DNA of 64,000 nucleotides from Candidatus Woesebacteria bacterium (lineage in GTDB: Bacteria > Patescibacteriota > Microgenomatia > UBA1400 > MFAQ01), in assembly GCA_035389185.1 (NCBI GenBank), contig DAOORK010000001.1:631415-695414 (forward strand), in the 5' to 3' direction. Below, one piece after another: positions 58,680 to 64,000 of this stretch. How positions within the stretch are numbered: the first letter of the stretch is position 1; the number at the start of each line of letters is the position of its first letter. The translations under genes were made by a program, and so were the position numbers. The notes under the pieces were generated by a model, which was not told the DNA's origin, made no database searches, and saw nothing but the letters and a program-made list of their open reading frames with translations.

Positions 58680-59900
58680 CTAGGGGTTGATTAGAGTTTT
58701 AATTGGTGTCCAAAGATCCTGAGATTCACCTTCATACCCCAGGGCCCAGATAGCGATGCCCCCAAGATTTGCTGACTTGACCAGTTTAATTTTTTGTTCG
58801 AGTGATTGAGAATTTTCAAAGTGGACTTGATAAGTGTCACCATCTTTTTCATAAACAAGATAAGGACTAAGGGTAGTGTCGGACCATTTTGCTGAAATGG
58901 AAGAAATATCTGCGTTTTGGAAGAGAGTAAGAATGCGTTGATATGAAGCTAGCCGACCTGTTCCAGAATAAGTGTTTGCAAGAAAATCAGATGAGGCGGT
59001 TTGCCATTCATAGCCATAGAAAGGAATACCAAGAATTATTTTTTCTGAAGGAATGATTTTACTTAGAGCAGAGATATGGGAGATGATGTCTTCTTCAAGA
59101 CAATTTTGGGTGATGATGGTTGAACATTTTCCAGAGATAGGAGCAATCGGACCAGCTTGAGTTGACGTTGTGCGGTAGTAGTCGTATGACATGACGATAA
59201 ATTTATCGACAAAAGGTTCAAGGGATTTGAGATCCCAGAGTCGAGGCTTTTCGGCGACGCTACCAAAGACATCAATATCAATTTGGCAGTAAGACTTAAC
59301 TGTTGTACAAGCAGAACGGAGATCTTTAATAAATTGAACATAGTTGGCTCTGATTTCAAAGTTTCCGGCACTAACGTATTCAAAGTCAATGTTGATATCG
59401 TCAAATTTATAGGAATTATAGACAGACATTATGGAGTTTATAGCTGTTGATCTTGTGTCTGAGTTTTGAAGAATACCTTCAATAGTATCCGGATCCATAG
59501 CGGTGATGGTGATGATGGTTTTTTGACCTAATAGACGAGATTGATAGAGAAGTTTGCTGGTATCTTTGGATTTAAGTTTGTTCCAACCCGGTTCTGTTTC
59601 GACTGAGTTAATTTTTTTGTTGATTGAGCCATCAGCATTTAAATCAATGGCAAAATAAGCAAAATGAGTGAGATTTTGGATATTAAGAGTGTCAGAATAT
59701 TTAAGATTCCAGTAGGGGAAAAAACCGTAGATAATTTTTTCAGAACGAACGGCAGGTGAGTTGCCGATAAGGGTTTCGATGAGTGAAACAGGACTGACAA
59801 GGGGAAGGTTGTTTTGCCAAATGATAAAGGCAGTAACAGAAGAAGCTAAAATAGCTAATCCGAGAAAAAATAAACCAAGTTTACGGGACATTTGGCGCAC
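58680..59900 (-). CDS. GH18-family glycoside hydrolase (chitinase-like), secreted/membrane-anchored
   Basis: N-terminal TM; catalytic DDINIDFEY (DxxDxDxE); IIYGFFPYW start of the barrel. Confidence 0.7.
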   Translation of the reverse strand: MRQMSRKLGLFFLGLAILASSVTAFIIWQNNLPLVSPVSLIETLIGNSPAVRSEKIIYGFFPYWNLKYSDTLNIQNLTHFAYFAIDLNADGSINKKINSVETEPGWNKLKSKDTSKLLYQSRLLGQKTIITITAMDPDTIEGILQNSDTRSTAINSIMSVYNSYKFDDINIDFEYVSAGNFEIRANYVQFIKDLRSACTTVKSYCQIDIDVFGSVAEKPRLWDLKSLEPFVDKFIVMSYDYYRTTSTQAGPIAPISGKCSTIITQNCLEEDIISHISALSKIIPSEKIILGIPFYGYEWQTASSDFLANTYSGTGRLASYQRILTLFQNADISSISAKWSDTTLSPYLVYEKDGDTYQVHFENSQSLEQKIKLVKSANLGGIAIWALGYEGESQDLWTPIKTLINP

Positions 59901-62253
59901 TGATTGTATTTAGATAGTTCTGGGGAGTAATGTATTTTGATTGGAATTGGCCATAATCTATGACTGTTTGCGGCCAAGAAATATTTCCCTTTTCGTCAAC
60001 TGGGTAGACACAGTCAAGACAAAAGTTTTGAGTAAAAGGATCAGATATAACTGTGTGTTCTTCGAAATCGCGATCAACTGTTTCATCGCCGGTAAGAATG
60101 GGGTATTTATCGGAACGACGTACCCAGATCTGCTGTCTTTGCGAAACAGCATTTTGGCTCAGGGGCAGTATCCCTTCAATGAAATATTCTGAGTGAGATT
60201 CACACTGGTTTTCTTGTTGGGCAAGAAGACCAGTTAGATTGCAGACTTGATAATTAGTTACCTTTTCCGGTTTGACTAATGGCTGGTTCTTGGTCCCCTT
60301 AAGAAGACGTTTCATAATCGTGTTCCAGATAGGTGAGGCGCCGGTAACACCGGAAGCGACATAACTCATGGAGGAGTTGTCGTTGTTGCCAACCCAGGTA
60401 ACTGCAAGGTATTCTTGGGTGTAGCCAATTGTCCAGTTATCTTTTAAGTCGTTTGTGGTACCGGTTTTAACAGAGACAGTGTGATTTGGGATTACCAGCT
60501 GACTATTGGTACCAAAAGCGGCACTACGAGCTCCGTTGTCGGAAAGAATATCGGAGATGATAAAAGTGACTTCTTCGGGTAGGGTGACACGCGGGTCAGT
60601 GTTTTTGATTTCAGTTTGAGGTGTGGATTGATTTGTCCAAAAATCGGTCCAGTTTTCAGGCATAACCGAGACCACATCAGCAATTTGCTGAGTATCTATT
60701 TCTTCGAGAACTTTGCCGGTATAGTCTTCAACTTTGAGGACGGAAATCAAGGGAACAGTTACTCCTGAGTTGGCAAAAGTGCCAAACGTCTTAGCCATGT
60801 CGAGCATAGTTACTTCACCGCCCCCCAAAGTGAGAGAGAGACCATAGTTGGCTGGATCTGTCCAGGTGGAGATACCCATTGCTGAGGCTGTAGCGATGAA
60901 AGAATCAAGACCATTAAGGGCGAGCTGTTTGACAGCAGGAATATTAAGTGAGTTGGCCAAAGCGAGGCGCATAGAAACCGGACCGCGGAAGCTATTGTCA
61001 TAATTTTTGGGACAGTATTGTTTTTGGCCTGCAACATTAAAACAGGTTGGGACATCGAGAAAGACTAAACTGGTTGGCCAGCCTTTAAGAAGGCCAACGG
61101 CATAGTTCACAGGCTTTATGGAACTTCCAGGTTGGCGGAAGGCTGTGGTAACGTTTACTTGACCATCAATAGTGTCGTCGAAATAGTCTTTGGAGCCAAT
61201 AAGAGCGATGATCTCTCCGGTATTTGGTTTGGTGACAACGGCAGCGCCATTGCTAATTTTGAGTCGAGAGATCTTTTTCATTTCGGCGGCGAGAGAGGCT
61301 TCAAAGTATTGCTGAAGTTCAAGATCTAGAGAAGTGGTGACACGGAGCCCACCGATATTTACTTTGTCTTCACCATATTTTTGAACAAGTTCGTCTCGAA
61401 CCATGAGGGCGAAGTGTGGGGCGTTAATAATGATGTTTTTAGTAGTAAAGTTTAGTTTTTCAGCCTTGGCAGTGTCTGCTTGTTCTTGAGTGATATATCC
61501 GTCTTCGACCATACGGCGCAAAACTTCATGTTGACGATTGATGGCTAGTTCGGGGTGAGCACCGAATGGGGAGTAGGTTGTTGGTGATTGTGGTAATCCA
61601 ACTAGTAGGGCGGACTCGGCGAGATTTAGATCTTTGGCACTTTTACCAAAGTATGTTTGAGACGCGGCTTCGATACCGTAGGCAGTTCCACCATAGGGGG
61701 TGTAGTTGAGATATAACTCCAAGATCTGATCTTTGGAGTAGGTTAGCTCGGTAACAAGGGCGAGAACTGCCTCTTTGATTTTGCGGGTAATAGTGCGATT
61801 GGTGTCCGAAAGGAGCGAATTTTTTACAAGCTGTTGAGTAATTGTCGAACCGCCAGCGAGTCTTTTGCCTTTCGTAAGAGTATTAAAGGCGGCTCGGATA
61901 ATGCCGGTGATGTCGACACCATGATGGTGATAAAAGTTTTTGTCTTCTATGGCGATGGTTCCTTGTTTGACAAAGTTAGGAATATCGGCAAAGACAATGG
62001 GAGTACGTTTGTAATCAGAGTAAACTTCGTAGAGGAGCTTTCCGTTGCGATCTAGAATCTGGGTACTGATAGGAGCTGGTGTTCTGGTGAGTTTGGAAGG
62101 ATTGGGGACTCCTTTGAAAAGGAAAATAGAGGTAACAAAGATAACAATAAAAGAGGCAACAATGATGGAGATGGTGCGAGAACGTTTGGTTCGAGTACAT
62201 TTACGATAACTTTTTTCGATGGATCGTAGAAGTTGTTTCCTCGTTAAAGTCAT
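59881..62253 (-). CDS. class A penicillin-binding protein (PBP1A), copy 2 (paralog)
   Basis: Same GT51 and transpeptidase motifs as copy 1; shares the 20-nt stretch tcgttgttgccaacccaggt with copy 1. Confidence 0.9.
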   Translation of the reverse strand: MTLTRKQLLRSIEKSYRKCTRTKRSRTISIIVASFIVIFVTSIFLFKGVPNPSKLTRTPAPISTQILDRNGKLLYEVYSDYKRTPIVFADIPNFVKQGTIAIEDKNFYHHHGVDITGIIRAAFNTLTKGKRLAGGSTITQQLVKNSLLSDTNRTITRKIKEAVLALVTELTYSKDQILELYLNYTPYGGTAYGIEAASQTYFGKSAKDLNLAESALLVGLPQSPTTYSPFGAHPELAINRQHEVLRRMVEDGYITQEQADTAKAEKLNFTTKNIIINAPHFALMVRDELVQKYGEDKVNIGGLRVTTSLDLELQQYFEASLAAEMKKISRLKISNGAAVVTKPNTGEIIALIGSKDYFDDTIDGQVNVTTAFRQPGSSIKPVNYAVGLLKGWPTSLVFLDVPTCFNVAGQKQYCPKNYDNSFRGPVSMRLALANSLNIPAVKQLALNGLDSFIATASAMGISTWTDPANYGLSLTLGGGEVTMLDMAKTFGTFANSGVTVPLISVLKVEDYTGKVLEEIDTQQIADVVSVMPENWTDFWTNQSTPQTEIKNTDPRVTLPEEVTFIISDILSDNGARSAAFGTNSQLVIPNHTVSVKTGTTNDLKDNWTIGYTQEYLAVTWVGNNDNSSMSYVASGVTGASPIWNTIMKRLLKGTKNQPLVKPEKVTNYQVCNLTGLLAQQENQCESHSEYFIEGILPLSQNAVSQRQQIWVRRSDKYPILTGDETVDRDFEEHTVISDPFTQNFCLDCVYPVDEKGNISWPQTVIDYGQFQSKYITPQNYLNTISAPNVP

Positions 62254-62269
62254 AGTGACTACATTATAT

Positions 62270-62869
62270 ATGCTATGGTACGATGAAGGGGTGAAAAGAT
62301 TGTGGTTGTACTACTTGTATTTGATAGTGATTTGGGGAGCGTTTCGTTATTTTGTAGATCTGCCAGAGGTGATTGAAGAATTATGGTTTAAGCCGGTTTT
62401 GTGGTTAGTCCCTCTGTTTTGGTGGAATTTGGCTCTAAAAGAAAATGTAGAGATGTTTGGCAAAAAGTGGGGAAGGTCATTATTTTTGGGTTCGATAGTG
62501 TCGATTGCTTATTTTGTAGTTTTAAATCAAGGGAGTTGGAGTAGTTTTAGTGTGGATTGGAATGTAATAGGGGTAGTGTTGGTGACAGCGATGGTGGAAG
62601 AGATGACGTTTAGTGGTTTTGTGGCAGGTTATTTGGAGAGGGTACAAAAAGGGAGATGGATAAATTATCTTATTGTTGGTTTGATGGTAGCGGTAATTCG
62701 TTTGCCGATTTTAGTTTTTGTTCACGGAGCAACGAATAAGGAGATAATCGGGGTGATGTTGATCGCTTTTGCCAGCGGAGTGATTAATGCATGGATAAGA
62801 ATTAGGTCGGGGAATGTGGCAGGATCGATTTTGGCGAGACTGGGAATGAATCTGGCGGCATTGGGATAA
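62270..62869 (+). CDS. CPBP-family (CAAX-like) intramembrane metalloprotease
   Basis: EEMTFSGF motif 1; downstream His motifs; polytopic; start at the internal ATG to avoid the divergent PBP gene start. Confidence 0.55.
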   Translation: MLWYDEGVKRLWLYYLYLIVIWGAFRYFVDLPEVIEELWFKPVLWLVPLFWWNLALKENVEMFGKKWGRSLFLGSIVSIAYFVVLNQGSWSSFSVDWNVIGVVLVTAMVEEMTFSGFVAGYLERVQKGRWINYLIVGLMVAVIRLPILVFVHGATNKEIIGVMLIAFASGVINAWIRIRSGNVAGSILARLGMNLAALG

Positions 62870-62873
62870 GAAA

Positions 62874-62894
62874 AACCCCGCTTGAGGCGGGGTT
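62874..62894. terminator. bidirectional hairpin terminator between convergent genes
   Basis: aaccccgc-ttgag-gcggggtt; A5 upstream gives a T-run for the minus-strand transcript. Confidence 0.6.
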
Positions 62895-62903
62895 GATTGA
62901 GAA

Positions 62904-63500
62904 TCATTTGGTTGGGGTGATTGAACTGAGGTATTTGGAGGTAGTTTCCTTGAGCCATTTATCAAGTTCGTCAGAGAGGGGATTTACAACTGTGAAAGTG
63001 TCTTGACCGTCGTGCATGGTGATCTTCGTGAAAGAAATCTTAATAACAGGGGTAAATGTGAAGTTACTATCTCGGCAAAACAGGATAGCTATTATGACGG
63101 GGCAGACCTCCTTTTGATCTGAAAGCTTGATACTGGAATAAAAGTGATTTCCAGCACAATGGATATCGTCAGGGGTGTTACCGTCACCAGTCACCTTTCC
63201 TTCTTCTGTCCACGAATTGATAGTCCTTAAGTCAGGAACAACACTCGCCAATTCTTGCCAACCAATTTCGTAATCGATACCACTTTTGTCTTTGGTTGTT
63301 AGTACTTTTGTTGCGGTAGTATGATCCCCAAGGTCGTGAAAGAAACGAGCAATAGTTTCGTAGACGCCACTATCATGCATGTAAACTATGGCCGATCCTA
63401 TGAGGGCCTTTGTCGTATCATTTTTTATCTTGGAGTCTTTTAGCTCATTATCAAGCTGACACTGCATTCCAGAAAGTGCATTTTTTAGCCAATCGGCCAT
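62904..63500 (-). CDS. hypothetical protein (198 aa)
   Basis: ORF with a terminator downstream; no motif recognised. Confidence 0.4.
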   Translation of the reverse strand: MADWLKNALSGMQCQLDNELKDSKIKNDTTKALIGSAIVYMHDSGVYETIARFFHDLGDHTTATKVLTTKDKSGIDYEIGWQELASVVPDLRTINSWTEEGKVTGDGNTPDDIHCAGNHFYSSIKLSDQKEVCPVIIAILFCRDSNFTFTPVIKISFTKITMHDGQDTFTVVNPLSDELDKWLKETTSKYLSSITPTK

Positions 63501-63704
63501 GGATTCTCCTTTTAAAGTACGAGATTGAGTAAGTTTTGTTGGGGAGAGTTTAACATTTGATTCCTATAATGTCAAAATAATGGGATTTGAAGAAGATTTT
63601 GCGGAGATTGAACGTGATGAGCGAGTCTGATCTATTAAGTGATAGTTGCATTGCTAGGGGTAGTGTTACAAGATGATATCCAACACTAAATATTGTGTTT
63701 ATTT

Positions 63705-64000
63705 ATGAACTGTCCATACTGCAGTTATGAAGATACATCGGTTTTGGAAAGCCGCGGTTTGCCTGGTGAGGACGGGATCAGAAGAAGAAGAGAATGCAAA
63801 AAATGTGGCAAGAGATTTACAACACATGAGCGAGTAGTAAATATCGACCTGAAAGTAATAAAAAAGAATGGAAAAGTAGAACAATATGATAGAGAAAAGT
63901 TATTGAAAGGAATAAATAAAGCTTGTTACAAAAGAAAAGTTGATGAAACCGAGATTGAGAATCTGGTGGATGAGATAGAAACAAAGCTTTTAAACCGAAA
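63705..64000 (+). CDS. nrdR: transcriptional repressor NrdR (partial, runs off window end)
   Basis: MNCPYCSYEDTSVLESRGL...RRRRECKKCGKRFTTHERV zinc ribbon followed by an ATP-cone start. Confidence 0.85.
   Translation, partial: MNCPYCSYEDTSVLESRGLPGEDGIRRRRECKKCGKRFTTHERVVNIDLKVIKKNGKVEQYDREKLLKGINKACYKRKVDETEIENLVDEIETKLLNR

Noticed and set aside
1-64000. CRISPR arrays, rRNA, tRNA, IS transposases
   Set aside because: I saw no regularly spaced direct repeats, no rRNA-like conserved blocks and no DDE or tyrosine transposase. I recognised no tRNA cloverleaf in the intergenic regions I inspected by eye. tRNAscan is needed for certainty.
1-64000. Alternative genetic code (UGA as Gly, code 25) as in some CPR lineages
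   Set aside because: Well-supported genes end cleanly at TGA (for example pfkB at 54957-54959 and MTH1187 at 23231-23233) with the expected protein lengths. The standard code therefore fits.

Overview
This is an AT-rich bacterial window read under the standard genetic code. The gene content (split transketolase, truncated SufD, tandem PBP1A paralogs, many small membrane proteins) points to a Patescibacteria/CPR-like organism, which is an inference. I found no rRNA, tRNA or CRISPR array.

Positions 1-2874 hold a partial signal peptidase I gene with a long C-terminal extension and a CaCA-family cation antiporter gene.

Positions ~2.9-21.2 kb form an A-rich island whose composition differs from the rest of the window. 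It contains:
- two large serine recombinases;
- a tight minus-strand operon encoding a SpoVG-like protein, a replication initiator, an Xis-like HTH protein, an HTH-fused gamma-class N6A methyltransferase and a PD-(D/E)xK nuclease candidate;
- DUF3800 and several unknown proteins;
- a plus-strand defence block: C-protein-like HTH, C5 cytosine methyltransferase, 570-aa GHKL (Bergerat-fold, MORC-like) ATPase, EcoRI-methylase-like NPPF methyltransferase, and a DUF262(DGQQR)-HNH nuclease. The C5 methyltransferase/GHKL pair overlaps by 23 bp and the methyltransferase/nuclease pair is 1 nt apart.

This two-methyltransferase, GHKL-ATPase, DUF262-HNH arrangement is my best candidate for an undescribed restriction/defence system.

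The remainder looks like core genome, in window order:
- membrane and lipoproteins, then an MTH1187-family gene followed by a terminator;
- a sigma70-like promoter overlapping a CIRCE operator in front of hsp20;
- MBL-fold hydrolase, DegV, L-lactate permease, hemerythrin, kbl, uppP, patatin, Crp, prmC;
- a beta-CASP RNase preceded by a strongly structured leader, then a DnaQ-like exonuclease and a truncated UDP-glucose-dehydrogenase-like gene;
- a long operon: Rrf2 regulator, sufCBD(short)SU, DsbA-like, CcdA-like, FNR-like reductase, sufT, rpiB, rpe, LOG;
- a second module: split transketolase, archaeal-type class I aldolase, PfkB kinase, 2-hydroxyacid dehydrogenase;
- two tandem PBP1A paralogs flanking a GH18 hydrolase, then a CPBP protease;
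- the start of nrdR at the window edge.
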